A DNA stretch of 64,000 nucleotides, taken from Mobula hypostoma. Lineage: Eukaryota. The stretch spans positions 141,982,001 to 142,046,000 of the forward strand of contig NC_086097.1 in NCBI RefSeq assembly GCF_963921235.1. Reading direction: 5' to 3'. The stretch's first letter is position 1; every line of letters begins with the position of its first letter. Below are positions 37,780 to 51,940 of this stretch, in pieces. A model generated the notes under the pieces. It was not told the DNA's origin. It did not search any database and was given only the letters and a program-made list of their open reading frames with translations. The position numbers were made by a program, and so were the translations under genes.

Positions 37780-39370
37780 TAGCTATCCACACGATCAATG
37801 CCTCTCATCAACTTGTACACCTCTATCAGGTCACTTCTCATCCTCCATCACTCCAAGGAGAAAAGGCCACGTTCATTCAACCTATGCTCATAAGGCGTGC
37901 TCTCATTCCAGGCAACATCTTTGTAAATTTCCTCTGCACTGTCTCTACAGTATCCACATCCTTCCTGTAATGAGGTGACCAGAACTAAACACAGTACTCC
38001 AAGTGGGGTCTGTTACAAGAATCACCCCTTGCAATAATGATCAGCGAGGCACAGAGAATCTGTACTTACCGACAAGTAACTTAATGTTTCAATTAAAAAG
38101 CACGTGGGTTCACACACCTGTGCGCAACAACTAGAATCCCTGACCCTCCATGAACAGTCAATGAAGAGAAAAGGTATTACCCAGGAAAGGAGTCTATGCT
38201 GGCCGGGGGTTCCTCATGATCCTGATTTCCATGTGTCCGTGGGGTCCACCTTTTCCGCGATAGTTGGTCTCTGGTTTGTCCTTGTACAGGACTACAACCA
38301 ACATTGTTTCCTGGTTCTGCCCAACCCAGCATTGTGTATTTGTGTCTTTCAATTCTGACTGGTCCAAACTAGTTAAATGAGGCAACCCAGACAGAGTCTA
38401 ACGAGATCGCAGATTGCTTCTTTGGTAGGTCTGGCATTTTACATAATAAGTAGCTACTCGTCTGAGCATGGTCTCAGATTTAGCAGGTCATTACCTGAAG
38501 TTCCTTGTGTTGACATTCAATTGCTCTGATTAGATTATCCCAGAGCAAGAACCAGTTCAGAGTCCCTGCCCTTTACATAACAAACAGCTGCTTGTCTGAG
38601 AATGGTCTCAGGTTTAGCAGGTCATTTCCTGAAGCTTCTTGTGTCCACATTCAATTGCTCTGATTAGATTATCCCAGAGCCAGAATCAGTTCAGAACCCA
38701 CAAAATGGGGTAAAACAAAGACAACTGGTTTGACTGCTTCCCCTGTTCTTGATTAGACTGTAGTTTTTTCTGGCCAACGGGTCTAACTAAGGCCTTACAT
38801 AGTTTTAACATTACCTCATGACTCTTGAACTTAATCCCATGGTTGAAGAAGGCCATCATACCATACGCCTTCTTAACAACGCTGTCAACCTGCACAGCAA
38901 CTTTGAATGTCCTGTGGACATGGACTCCAAGATCTCCCTGATCCTCCACACTGCCAAGAGTTTTATCATTAATGTTATATTCTGTCTTCAAATTTGACCT
39001 ACCAAAATGAACGTTTTACGGTTATCTGGGTTGAACTCTATCTGCCACTTCTCAGTCAAGTTCTGCATCCTATCGATGTCCCACTGTGACCTCTGACAAC
39101 TGTCCAGACTATCCACAACACACCCAACCTTTGTGTCATCAGCAGAGTTACTAACCCACCCTTCTACTCCTTCAACCACGTCATTTATAAAAATCACAAA
39201 GAGGAGGGGTCCCAGAACAGATCCCTGCAGAACATTAATGGTCACCGTTCTCCATGCAGAGTAAGAAACATCTACAACCACTCTTTGCCTTCTGTGGGCA
39301 AGCCAATTCTGGATCCACAAAGCAAGGTCTCCTTGGATCCCATGCTTCATTACTTTCCGAATGAGCTTTT
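37780..39370 (-). mobile_element. CR1 LINE split by a solo LTR
   Basis: WIQNWLAHRRQRVVV, QGSVLGPLLF, SADD; sequence is contiguous across 38011-38779. Confidence 0.82.
38011..38779. mobile_element. probable solo LTR
   Basis: TGTTA...CAACG ends; GGTC duplicated at 38007-38010 and 38780-38783; interrupts CR1; internal tandem duplication. Confidence 0.72.
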
Positions 39371-40061
39371 TGAGTTCGAACACTTCAAACAGGTTGTCTC
39401 TCAGTCTCTAACACTTCATGAAGCCAGTCTAAGTTTTTCCAATGATTCTTTCGAGCTAATACACTCCAATCTAGGCAACATCTTAGTTAGCCTCCACCTG
39501 CTCACTATAGTGATCTGAACCATACACAACAATCCAAATGCAGCCTAACCAATGTTATATGCATCTGCAACAGGACTTCCTTATGCTTAAGGTCAGTGAC
39601 TAAGGCAAACATGCCGCACACCTTTATCATTCTGTCTGTGCGTGTTGCCACTTTCACTCAGGATCTTTCCACTAGTGTTCCTAAGGGTCCTGCCACTTGA
39701 CCTCCCAAAATGCAATACTCTGCTCTTATCCAGATTAAGCTCCATCTGCCATTTCTGGGCCCAAATTTCCATTTGATTTATATCCTGCTGTGTCCTTTGA
39801 CAACCTTCATTGCTTCCATAACTCCTGATATTTGCCACTCTTAGACAAGCAAGACCCTCGCGACTTATTTGCGCTTGTCTTTAAGCTGGAGTTTGGAGCA
39901 GAATTTTGTACAGGACGAAACTGGATTCAGTTTATCCAAAGTGTTCTCGATTTGAAACATTTTACCACATTCCCCATGGACCTTCCAAAAAAGAAAAGCT
40001 AAGTTTGTTGGCCTTTTTCCTTACTGTGGTTTACTCAGTGATAGTGTGCAACATACACACA

Positions 40062-40345
40062 TTCTTCTCTTCTCTTCTTCGGCTGTCCATCGATTTTCAA
40101 TGTTGTCTGAGGCCTGGTTGTATGGAGGACTGGCAGTTGATCATGCTGCAAGTCCCCCCTCTCCACGCCACTGATTTTGTCCAAGGGAAGGGCATTAGGA
40201 CCCATACAGTTTGGCACCGGTGTTGTCGCAGAGCAATGTGTGGTTAGGTGCCTTGCTCAAGGACAGAACACGCTGCCTCAGCTGAGGCTCGAACTCGCAA
40301 CCTTCAGGTCACTAGACCAATGCCTTAACCACTTGGCCACGCACC
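40062..40345 (-). mobile_element. tRNA-derived SINE with CORE-like segment
   Basis: A box TGGCCAAGTGG, B box GAGTTCGAGCC, TGTCCTTGAGCAAGGCACCTAACC, (GAA/GAAGA)n tail. Confidence 0.8.
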
Positions 40346-40443
40346 ACTCACTGCACATTAGAGAACCATTATACCCAAAGCACTTTAAGATGTTTTCAAG
40401 AAAAAGGCTGAGTCGCTTGAATACTTGTCATTTTTTCTCACAG

Positions 40444-40619
40444 TTCACTCCAACATTCCTGTAATGGATCAGCAAGAGATTTTCCAGCAACCACCTCCAA
40501 TGATGAGGAAAATAGTGTTGGCAACAAACATTGCAGAAACCTCAATAACTATTGATGATATTGTACATGTCATTGACACAGGATGTCACAAAGAGCAACG
40601 CTATGATTTGAGGACAAAG
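40444..40619 (+). CDS. DHX30: DHX30 exon (motif V)
   Basis: tcacag|TT CAC...AAG|gtaact; HSNIPVMDQ...[18 protein letters not shown]. Confidence 0.96.
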
Positions 40620-41359
40620 GTAACTTTATTAATGCCTATTTTTCTTATTTAATTACATAGTAGATTCTTAATTGAATTATTTTTCACTATAGTTTAGCTT
40701 TTACTTCAAAGTAAATCAGTTTGATAGCTTGGTGAGAACCAATTACTGCAATAGAGGTGGTTTCTCAAAAGTTGAATTAAGGTAGCATGAATGATCTTCC
40801 TTATCCATTACATTTTTAGGGGAACTTGCTTTTTCCTATAATTTTATGGAGTGGAGTAAACTACTAGTAGAGTTGCCAGTCCACCTTCCCATGAGTTTTG
40901 TTAACAGACCTGGCTCTTCCTCACATCTTAAGATTTGCAGAAACAGCATTATTAGAGCCACTTAGTCAAAATGAACTGCTTAAACCTTAATTTGAATTAG
41001 CTTGCTGACAATTCCTGAGTCGAACAACAGAGGGCACTTGAAAACTAGGTCAAGCTTCTGGTAGACTGTATGATTCAGGGGATTGGGAAATCCTTGGAAT
41101 ACATCACAGAAATAGTAAAAAAAAGCTCTTGTTTTTGCAATCTTAAATTCCATCTCAGATGTAGAATATGATACAGTCTTTAAGACCTTTCAAGGTGACG
41201 CGAGGGGAAATAAGGGAAAAGGAGAGGATCTACACATATATCATGGAATGTCAAAGCCCTTTAGACCCTGCTAAGTAATTTTAAATGTAATTGCTATGTA
41301 GGGAATGATATAAGCCAAATATTTGACTGATGAATCTTTTGACTGGTGAACACTAGCTG

Positions 41360-42034
41360 CAACACCTTGGCCTCAATACCTCCTTGCGCAACTGGATCCT
41401 CGATTTTTTTTCACTTGCAGACCCCAGTCATTTTGGATTGGCAACATCTCCTTCACAATCACAGTCAGAATAGGTGCATTCCAAGGCTGCGTGCTTAGCC
41501 CCCTGATCTACCTGCTTTACACTTACTGTGAGGTGAAGCACAGCTCCAGTGTTACTGCTGGTGACACCACTGTCAATGGCCAAATTAAAGGTGGTGACAA
41601 ATCAGCATATAGGAAGGTGATTGAAAATCTAGTAGAGTGGTGTCATAACAACGTCTCACTCAATGACAGTAAGAGTAAGGAGCTGTTATTGACCACAGGA
41701 GAAGAAAACCAGAGGTCTGTGAGCCAGTCCTTATTGGAGAATCGAAAGTGGAGAGGGTCAGCAACTTTAAGTTCCTTGTGTTATAATTACAGAGGATCTG
41801 TCCTTGCTCCAGCATACAAATGCTATTACAGTGAAAGCATGACAGCGCCTCTGCTTGCTTAGAAGTTTGCGAAGATTCCACATGTCACCTAAAATGTAGA
41901 CAAACTTTTATAGATATGTGGTGGAACATGTATTGACTGGTTGCAGCACAACCTGGTATGGAAATACCAATGCCCCTGAACGGAAAAGCCTATAAAATGT
42001 AGTGGATACAGCCCAGTCCATCACTGAGCACATC
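41360..42034 (+). mobile_element. Rex1/Babar-like LINE fragment
   Basis: NWILDF, QGCVLSPLIYLLYT, NLVEWCHNNVSLN. Confidence 0.72.
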
Positions 42035-42036
42035 TA

Positions 42037-42821
42037 CAATTGCATGAAAAAGTTTGTGAACCCTTTGCAATTACCTGGTTTTCTGCATTAGTTACTCATA
42101 AAATGTGATCTGATCTTCATCTAAGTCACAATAATACACAAACCCTATCTGCCTAAACTAATAACACACAAACAGTTGTACTTCACTGAGTACGCCATTT
42201 AAACAGTCACAGTCTAGATTCAAAAAGGTATGTAAACTTCTGGGGTAATGCCTTCTACAAAAGGTATTTGGAGTCAAGTGTTCCAGTCAATGAAATGAGA
42301 TTGGAGGTGTGGGTTGTAGAGGTGCCCTGCCAGATAAAAAAAAAGATACACAAAGGCGGGTTACTGACAGAGACTGCTCTTCTCAAGAAAGATCTGTTTA
42401 TGTGCACCATGCCTTAAACTAAACAGCTTTCAGAGGACCTTAGAAGAAGAATTGTAGAGATACATGAAGCTGGAAAAGGCTACAAAAGCATTTCTAAAGA
42501 CGTGAGTGTTTATCAGTAAGAGAAATTGTTTACAAATAGAAGAAATTCAGTATTGTTGCTACTCTTCCTAGGAGTGGGCGTCTTGCAAAGATCACACCAA
42601 GAGCACAATGTGCAATACTGAACGAGGTGAAAAAGAACCCAAGGATAACAGCAAAGGAGCTGCAGAAATCTCTAGCACTTGCTAAAGTCTCTGTTCATGT
42701 GTCCACTATAAGAAAAACACTGAACAAGGATGGTGTTCATAGAAGGACACCATGGAGGAAACCACTGCTCTCCATAAACAAACATTGCTGCACATCTCAG
42801 ATTTGCAAAAGACCACCTGGA
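42037..42821 (+). mobile_element. Tc1/mariner 5' half
   Basis: TA then CAATTGCATGAAAAAGTTTGTGAACC; MP*TKQLSEDLRRRIVE...KNPRITAKELQKSL; related to 19494-21090. Confidence 0.85.
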
Positions 42822-43835
42822 TTTATTTTTAGAGCCCTTCTTAAGCAGTGGAACAACATTTGCTGTCCTCCAATCTGCCGGTGCCTCACCTGTCACTAAG
42901 GATAATTTAAGAATCTCTGCTAGAGCCCCTGCAAGTTCTGCACTTGCCTGTCATAGGGTCTGAGGGAACACCTTGTCAAGCCATAGGGACTTATCCACCC
43001 TAATTTGCCTCAAGACAGCAACCACCTCCTCTGTAATATTTATAGGGTCCATAAAGTCAATGCTGCTTTGTCCCACTTCTATAGACTCTTGTGTCCATCT
43101 CCTGAGTAAATTCAGATGCAAAAATTCCATTTAATATCCACCCCCATCTCTTCTGACTCCACACATAGATTATCATTCTGGTCTTCCAGAGGACCAATTT
43201 TGTCCCTTGCAATCCTTTTGCTTTTACCATATCTGTAGAATCCCTTAGAATTCTCATTCACCTTGACTGCTTGGGCAACCTAAAATCATTTATCCCTCCT
43301 GATTTAAGTGTTCTCTTGCATTTCTTATACTCTGCAGTACCTCATTTGTTCTTACCTGCCTATATCTGCTATACACCTTTTTAATTCTTAACCAGGGCTT
43401 CAATATCTCTTGAAAATCAAGGTTCCCTAAACCTGTTATCTTTATCTTTTATTCTGACAGGCACATACAAGGTTTGTACTCTCAAAATTTCACTTCAGAA
43501 GGCCTCCCACTTACCAAGTACACCTTTGCCAGAAAACAGCCTGCCCCATCCACACTTACCAGATCCTCTCTGATGCCATCAAAATTGGCCTTTCCCCAGT
43601 TTAGTATCTCAACCCGCAGACTAGACCTATCGTTTGTCAGAATTAATTTGAAAGTAATGGCATTATGATTACTAGATGCAGTGTTCCCCTACACAAACCT
43701 GTCGCCTGCTCTGTCTCATTCCCTAATAGCAGGTCCAGTATCACACACTCTCTCATTGGGACTTATACCTACTGATTAAGGAAACCTTCCTGAACACATT
43801 TGACTAACTCTACCCCATCTATTCCTTTTACAGTA
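42822..43835 (-). mobile_element. CR1 LINE internal fragment
   Basis: PADWRTANVVPLLKKG. Confidence 0.78.
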
Positions 43836-44604
43836 TACCCTCTTAATAGCTTGCAAAGCATTGTGTGTTACCCCTTCAGTTCAAGGTAGAATATCAATGA
43901 GGTTCTTCAGAGGAAAGATCTTTACACCTGCATGTTGGTCTGCAGTGACTTGTGTATACCTAGGACCCTTTGAACATGTATGTTACTTAATGATTCAATA
44001 TTTAACAATAACTATTACCTGCTCCAGGGTGGATTACCTCCCATTTTTCCAATGTTGTATTACATCTGCTATATTATCATCCATTTAACTTGAAGCTTCT
44101 CTACATCTTTCTGGCATACACATAATTCCATCCAGTTTAGTATCATGAGTAAAAATAATTTCTTATTGTTCCTCTACTACTTATACAAGGCTTTGGTGTG
44201 CTCTTGATGCATGGTCTTGAGGTCTACCTGATTATTTCTTCCTTTGATAGAGCTTGGAATAGAGAGTTTGTTTTGGAAGTCAGGTGTTGGACATATGAGC
44301 AATGTATCCTACTCTATGTGGCCAACCGTTCAAAATGAGAAATACTGGGATGTTGACCTGGTATATTCCCAGTGAAGTTGAAGGATTTTGCAGAGACAGT
44401 TTTATTTCTTGATTGCCATAAGCAGCATCCATTTTAGCAAGAGTGAGTAAAAATAACAACTGAGGCCTGAATCTATATGTGATAGATGCCTTGTGCTGAG
44501 GATAGTGGAAATTGCTATGAAGCAGAATGTTTAATCCAGTTTTAACAGGCTAGTGTGCAATACCAGTGGAGGATATTTCTATCTCTCTCTCCCCTCTGTT
44601 ACAG

Positions 44605-44811
44605 GTTTCATGTCTGAACACTGTTTGGATTTCCAAGTCGAATGTGAAGCAACGACGTGGACGGGCTGGCCGCTGTCAGCCGGGTAACTCCTACCACTTG
44701 TTCAGCAGGGAGAGGTTGGAGAAAATGGTTGATTTCCAGATCCCAGAAATCTTGCGCACTCCTCTGGAGAACATTGTGGTCCAGTCCAAGATCCATATTC
44801 CTGACATTACA
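44605..44811 (+). CDS. DHX30: DHX30 exon (motif VI)
   Basis: ttacag|GTT...ACA|gtgcgt; [21 protein letters not shown]. Confidence 0.96.
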
Positions 44812-45202
44812 GTGCGTGTTGGTATTTTAGTGTTTGCCTAGCTGTCCCTCTTCTTTAGTGGTGGGAAGCACAGAAACAGTTCTGAAGCCAAAACTACAGA
44901 TTTAAGGATTTTATAAAAGACATGGAAAAATAATGAGCAGTGACATGATTTGTTGATGAGAAAGTTAATGCAGCAGATTTGATAAAGACAGTTCTGTAGA
45001 AAGAGAGAGAGCCATTAACAGTATAATTTAACATGGGATAATGAAAAACTATAATTTAACATTGGCCAGTGATTCAGTGGGAATAGAAATTGTGTATTTC
45101 AGATAGTTCAATGACTCTCCAGGGCCTGGATTGCTAGCATTCACTAGTGCAGAGATCAGTGCCTTTAATGTCACTCCAATACCTCTTCCCTTTATTTTTC
45201 AG

Positions 45203-45284
45203 GCTTCAGATTTTCTTTCAAAAGCAATGGACAGTCCAAACCCTAAGGCAGTGAATGAGGCTGTGCAAATATTACAGGAGATAG
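45203..45284 (+). CDS. DHX30: DHX30 exon
   Basis: tttcag|GCT...ATA G|gtgagt; ASDFLSKAMDSPNPKAVNEAVQILQEI. Confidence 0.94.
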
Positions 45285-46049
45285 GTGAGTGTTGCTGATA
45301 AGTAAATTTGTTACTGAAGGAGGATGCTACAAACATTTCAATAACATTTTGGAAGAACTTGGATAGGGAATCATTTACAATGCGATTCAATGCGTCAATT
45401 AGATTACTTGGTGAGCTGTTAAATGGATCAGGATGTTCCAACACTTGAGTTCTTTTCTAAACTGGCTTCGATAGTAAAATGGATCAAGCTCCCATTAATA
45501 GCCCTTTTTTCTTCCTGGGTGTATGGATGTGCAAATGAGTTTGCCCAGATGAGTGTTGGCTGTGATTTCTTTTCTAACCTACAAAATTGCTGCTGGACGA
45601 ACTCGGTGGATCAGGAAGCTTCTGTGTAGGCAAAGGGATATTCTATGTTTTGGGTTAATATCCTGCATCAGAACTAATCCTTTGACTCTACAGATGCTGC
45701 CTGACCTGCTGAGATTTTTGAGCACTTGTTTTTGTATTTGCGGAAGATCCCAGTGCCTGCAGTTTCCTGTGTCTATATTTTAACCTAATCTTTATAGCTA
45801 TAGAGTCATTACCGATAGAGAATAAGTTCAAAATTATGCATATTTGTTGAAGCAACAGAATTCAATGGTACTACATTTAAATCTCAATGCAATTTGAATT
45901 GCCGTTCTTGTAAAATCAGACATCAACCTGAAGTGCTGTTTTCAAGAATTTAAATTTAGAAACTCTATTGCCAACTCTTCACAGTGAGTTCCTGAAATGT
46001 GGGTCCTTATAAGCCTCAGCAGGTCTGCAAAGTAAAACAGATCTTGAAG

Positions 46050-46200
46050 TCATGGCAACACACAAACAATGTTGGAGGAACTCAGCAGGCCAGGCAGCAT
46101 CTGTGAAAACAAGTACAGTTGACACTTCAGGCTGAAACCCTTTGGCAGGATTGGAGAAAAAAGGCTGAGGAGTAGATTTGAAAGGTGGGGGGAGGGGAGG
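46050..46200 (-). mobile_element. Penelope terminal fragment with decayed hammerhead
   Basis: Minus strand CCTGCCAAAGGGTTTCAGCCTGAAGTGTCAACTG...GATGCTGCCTGGCCTGCTGAGTTCCTCC. Confidence 0.7.
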
Positions 46201-46729
46201 CCACCTGAAGTCATAGTCCCACATTGATGGCCTGCTGTCTTCTTTGTGTTGGTAACTACGGCTATCATGGGAGAACTCAGTTTGCAATATGCTGCTTGCC
46301 TCCAGGTAAATTTTATACAAGATAAAATGTTTTTATTGAAATGATTTATAAATGCTGCGGTGTTCCTGAACTAAACTAACTCAAAAGACTGACGTTCAAT
46401 CATCAATGTATAGTTTATTAATTGATGCCAGACACTGGCTTCCTGCATTCTGTGATGGTGAAGATGAAAACACAGCTCTTCAGGAGGGACAGATGCCAGT
46501 TGAGCACACGATTGGATATAAAGTTCTCTGTCAAGTCTCATGAGGGTTGGCTACAAATGGGAAACCAGCTCTGGTTTCATGTTTCTTCCACGGAAGAGAG
46601 GAGAAAGTTTGGGATGGAATTTTTCTTCTGTTGCTAAAAATGAAAAAGCTCATCAGAACCCACACAGTTCTGCACTGTCAAATAGATGTGTGAGTTGAAT
46701 TCTCTAAAGTATCTCCCCTTCCATTACAG

Positions 46730-46923
46730 GAGTACTGGATGAAAATGAGTCTCTTACCTTACTTGGCCAGCGTCTGGCCCACATCTCCACTGACCCACGC
46801 TTGGCAAAAGCCATTATCATGGCCTGCATATTCCGTTGTCTTTCCCCTGTTCTGATGGTTGTTGCTTGTCTGACTCGAGATCCCTTTGTGAACAGCTTGC
46901 TGAACAGGGCTGAGGTTATGAAG
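46730..46923 (+). CDS. DHX30: DHX30 exon (HA2 domain)
   Basis: ttacag|GA GTA...AAG|gtaggg; [29 protein letters not shown]...TRDPF. Confidence 0.95.
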
Positions 46924-48026
46924 GTAGGGAGAGATACCAGGTGAATTGTGAATGATTTTTCTTAATTATGTTTGCTTTTCATGGTGGGAACTGAGCTTGG
47001 ATCTGAGTCTTGCTCGGGGGAGTGGTTTGGGCTGTTTAAAGAGAACTATTCCCTCTGGACTTCCTGTCCATTTCAATACACAAGTTTGGGTGACTTTTCA
47101 AATCTTTGTAAAAGTTTACAAAAAGTACACAACCTTCCTGTAATGTGATGATCAGAACTGTACGTTTAGATGTGACTAGCTTGCATTTGCACAGTTCTAA
47201 CTTAACCTTACTTCTCTCCCTCAGTACCATGGATGATAAAATATTTCACTTGCCATTTTAACCAATTTATCATGCTATTCTACAACATTCACAGATATAT
47301 GGATGTGCAGTCCAAAGTTATTTTGTTCCTTTGTGTTTTGGACATCCTGTCATTAATCATGTAATTCCTTGCTTTCGTTGCTCTTCCTAAATACATTACT
47401 TCACAACACCAGACAGAATTTCATTGCCACTTTTGTACTTACCTGCCTGACGAACTTATTGATAGCTTATGGCAGCCTCAAATTTTCTCCTTACTATTAT
47501 CCACACAGCGAGTTTTGGTTTTATCAACAGATTTGCAAAGCGTAGTCCCTATATTTAAGTCCAAAAGCTGAGCACACTTCATGAGAAGCAAGCAAGGCAG
47601 CACTCTGGACATGTTGCAAACAGCCTCAAAAGTAGAGAGGTTTTTGTTGGTTTTGTAGAACAGAGGTGAGCTCCTATATGCTGTACTGCAGCTCCTTATT
47701 TAACGAAAGGTATTAATGTCTGAAGTAATTCTGGTAAACTTTACCAGACTACTGCTTGGAATGGTCTGGTTGTTTTACAGAGTACTGCATTTCAGATTAC
47801 TGTGACTTCCGTCAAAAGAATTCTACTTACTCAACACTTTTTAAACTAAATATTATGAAATCCTCCTGTGGAAGTAAATGATATCTCGTTATTGACCTTA
47901 TAAATACCTCTCAAGTTAAACAGCTGTTAATGCTCTCCTAAATCTCCTCTGCTTTGAAAAGAACAGTCCTAGATTTTCCGATCCACCTTGATCCTGTGTG
48001 ACCTCAGGTTTTGATTTGTCCTTTAG

Positions 48027-48186
48027 GCTAAAGCATGTCTAAGTGGGGAGAGCCGAAGTGATCACATGGCATTTATTAAAGCCATTGAAGGCTGGAAGAA
48101 AGTATTGCAAGAACGGGATGCAGATTCCAGAAAAGAGTATCTGGAAGAGAATATGCTGTATGCTCCCAGTCTCCGGTTCATTCACG
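48027..48186 (+). CDS. DHX30: DHX30 exon
   Basis: ctttag|GCT...CAC G|gtaggt; [13 protein letters not shown]...[16 protein letters not shown]. Confidence 0.95.
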
Positions 48187-48859
48187 GTAGGTTGGGTGAT
48201 CAGAAGAACAAGTTTAGCAATAGAGGCATCAAGACTGCTGGACTGCAGGCTTCAGCTGACTACTTACAAATCTTTCTTTTTTATTTGCTCTTTTGGGAAA
48301 TTTCAGAAGTTCCCTTGTCCTGACTGTGGTTAAAGACAGTTTATTATTGTAGGAAATGTTATAACATTTCCTGTAATGAACTTTGTTTCAAATCACAGCT
48401 GGCATGTATTCATCAGTTTCAATTTCTGAGATCTTCCAAACTTTGAAAACTGACCTGTGTGTGCTGGTCATCATTTATTTAGAGTACTGAGTTTAGTTGT
48501 ATTTCACCAGAAAAGAGCTTCCGTTGACTGGTAGCCAAGGGAAATAATAACAGCAATTGGACTGGATAGATGTGGAATGTATGGCATTTGAGGCAAAGTA
48601 TTGAAACTTGAGGCAAACTGATTTAAAGAAAAGTTGTGCAAGTACAGAATAAAGAGATGAAGTTGGAAGGAGGATATTAAAGAGTGTGTTGAAAAAGCTG
48701 GACCAAATGGCTGATTGTCCTATGTTTGGAATTATTTTCATTGTAGTTTCAGTTGCTGTCACTTTTGGGTCATTGTACAAAGTTTTATTCTGTAATTTAA
48801 ATAGTACTTTATTTTTCTCTTCTTTTTGTTGACTAACAGTTTGCATTCTTTTTGTCCAG

Positions 48860-49017
48860 GATTGATGCTACAATTCTCTGAAAATGTTTACAATGCTTTC
48901 CTGGTGTCTGATCCATCAGTCTGCACACGTTCCTCCTCCTTGTGTAACCAGTACAGTGAGGAGGAAGAGCTAATTAAGGGGGTCCTGTTGGCTGGTCTGT
49001 ACCCCAACCTCATCCAG
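48860..49017 (+). CDS. DHX30: DHX30 exon
   Basis: gtccag|GA TTG...CAG|gtgaca; [12 protein letters not shown]...[21 protein letters not shown]. Confidence 0.95.
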
Positions 49018-49429
49018 GTGACAAATAATCTCTTTGAGTTTAACTGATCTTGATGTCTTTAGATAATTAATTGCATTAATTAAATATCATAGTTCCTTTA
49101 CGAAATAGATGCTCATCCAGGGGTGGAGGGGGGGGGGGAGAGGCAATTGTTGAGATGATGACTAAAATCCATACATATGGGTTTTATGGAACACTTACAA
49201 GAAAGGGTGTAGTTTGAGGAGACAGTTCTAAGTCCTACCTGAAAAACTGAAAGTATTTTCAAAAGTAGGAATTCATTTTCGGAATGTAGGGGTAGGGGTA
49301 GAGGCAGAAGGAGTTGAGGGAGAGGGAAGGATGAAGCAATGAATGGGCTTGTGATTCAAGAATTTATAATCAGATGGGGTGTGAGTGAGCAGGACAGGTA
49401 CAACAAACTTTTGGAATGTAGCAGAGTTC

Positions 49430-49960
49430 AAAAGTAAATTTATTATCAAAATACATATGTCACCATATACAGTACAACCCTGAGATTTGTATTACGGATG
49501 ATCACAATAAATACAGGAGAATCAGTGAAAGACCTCACCCAACAGGAGAGACAAACAACCAGTGTGCAAAAGACAACAAACTGCAAATAGGAAACGAGAG
49601 AAAAAGTTCATAAGCTATAAATATCGCAAACCTGAGATGAAGAGTCCTTGCAAGTGAGTCAATAGGTTTGGGAACAGTTCAGAGATGAAGCAAGTGAAGT
49701 TGAGTGAAGATATCCCCTTTGGTTCAAGAGCTTGATGGTTGAAGGGTAACAACAGTTCCTGAAACTGGTGGTGGGCTCCTGAGGCCATTGTACCTTCTTC
49801 GCACTGGCAACAGTGTGAAGAGAGAATGTCCTAGGTGATGGATGCTGCTTTCCTGTGACAGCATTTCATGTTGATTTTCTCAATGATGGGGAGGGCTTTA
49901 TCGTGATAGACTGGACAGTGTCCACTACTTTTTGTAGGCTTTTACATTCAAGGGCATTGG
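49430..49960 (-). mobile_element. Rex1/Babar-like LINE 3' fragment
   Basis: Similar to 54810-55540; decayed 3' ORF end and UTR. Confidence 0.55.
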
Positions 49961-49969
49961 CATTTCCAT

Positions 49970-51940
49970 AAGATCCTAAGTCTGATCCGCCATTTTATCA
50001 TGGCTGAACCCGGATCCCACTCAATCCATACACCTGCCTTCTTGCCATATCCTTTGATATCCTGACCAATCAGGAATCTATCAACTATCCACTTTAAATA
50101 TACCCATGGACTTGTCCTCCACTGCAGTCTGTGGCAGAACATTCCACAGATACACTACTTTCTGGCTAAAAAAAATCCTCCTTATGTCTGTTCTAGAAGG
50201 TCACCCCTTAATTCTGAGGCTGTGCCCTCTAGTTCTGGATACTCCCACCATAAGAAACATCCTCTCCACACATCCACCCTATCTAGTCCTTTCAAAATTC
50301 GGTACGTTTCAATGAGATTTTCTGTCCCCCCCCCCCCACATTCTTCTAAATTCCGGTGAGTACGGGTCCAAAGCTGCCAAACATTCTTCATGTGTTAACC
50401 CCTTCATTCCCAGAATCATCCTCGTGAACCTCCTCTGGACTCTCTCCAATGATAATACATCCTTTTCTGAGATATGGGGCCCAAAGCTGTTGACAATTCT
50501 CCAAGTGTAGCCTAACTAGTGTTTTATAAAGCTTCAGCATTATCTCCTTGCTTTTGTATTCTATTCCTCTTGAAATGAATGCCAACATTGCATTTGCCTT
50601 CTTTACCACAGACTCAACCTGTAAATTAACCTTCTGGGAGTCTTGCATGAGGACTCCTAAGTCCCTCTGCACCTCTGATGTTTGAATTTTCTCCCTGTTT
50701 AGATAATGGTCTGCACTATTGTACCTTTTACCAAAATGAATTATCACACATTTCCCAACATTGTATTCCATCTGCCACTCTTTTGCCCATTCTTCCAATT
50801 TGTCTAGGTCCTGCTGCAAATGCATTGATTCCTCAGCACTACCTACCCCTCCACCTGTCTTTGTATCATCCACAAACTTTGCCACAAAACCATCAATTCC
50901 ATGAAGGGGTTAAATTATTGGCAAACAACATGAAAAGTAGCGGACCCAATACTGACCCCTGAGGAACACCACTAGTCACTGGCGGCCAACCAGAAAAGGC
51001 CCCCTTTATTCCCACTTGCTGCCTCCTGCCTATCAGCCATTCCTCTATCCATGCCAGTATCTTTCCTGTAATGCCATAGGATTTTATCTTGTTAAGCAGC
51101 CTCATGTGGGGCACCTTATCAAATGCCTCTTGAAAATCTAAGTAAATGACATCCATTGCCTCTCCTTTGTCAATCCTGTTTGTTACTTCCTCGAACTCTT
51201 GACAGATTTGTCAGGCAAGATTTCCCTTCACAGAAACCATGCTGACTTTGACTTATTGTATCATTAGACTTTAAGTATCCTGAAACCTCATCCTTTAATT
51301 ATAGACTCCCAAAACTTTCCCAACCACTGAAAGTAGGCTATCTGGTCTATAATTTCCTTTCTTCTGCCTTCCTCCCTCTTAGAATGACATTTGCAATTTT
51401 CCAGTCCTCCAGGACCATGCCAGGATCAACTGATTCCTGAAAGATCATGATCAATGCATCCATTCTCTTTAGCAACCTCTGTCAGGATTCTGGGATGTAG
51501 TCCATCTGGTCTAGATGACTTATCCACCTTAAGACCTTTGAGTTTGCCTAGCATTTTTTCCTTTTGTAATAGCAATGGCACTCACTCCTGCTCCCTGACA
51601 CTCAAGGACATCTGGCATACTGTTAGTGTCTTCCACAGTGAAGACTGAAGCAAAGTACTCATTAAATTCATCTGGCATTTTTTGTCCCCCATTACTACCT
51701 CACCAACATCATTTTCCAGAGGTCCACTATCAACTCTCATCTCCCTTTTACTTTTTATGTAACTGAAAACCCTTTTAGTATCCTGCTTTTCATTATTGGC
51801 TGGTTTGTCCTTGTATTTCATTTTTTCCCTTATAGCTTTTTTAGTTACCATTGGTTGGAGTTTAAAATCTTCCCAATCATCCAACTTCTCACTCACTTTT
51901 GCTACCTCATATGCCCTTTCCTCGGCTTTTGTTCAGTCCT
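49970..51940 (-). mobile_element. CR1 LINE, about 2 kb, decayed
   Basis: YLDFQEAFDKVPH, GVPQGSVLGP, KFVDDTK. Confidence 0.9.
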
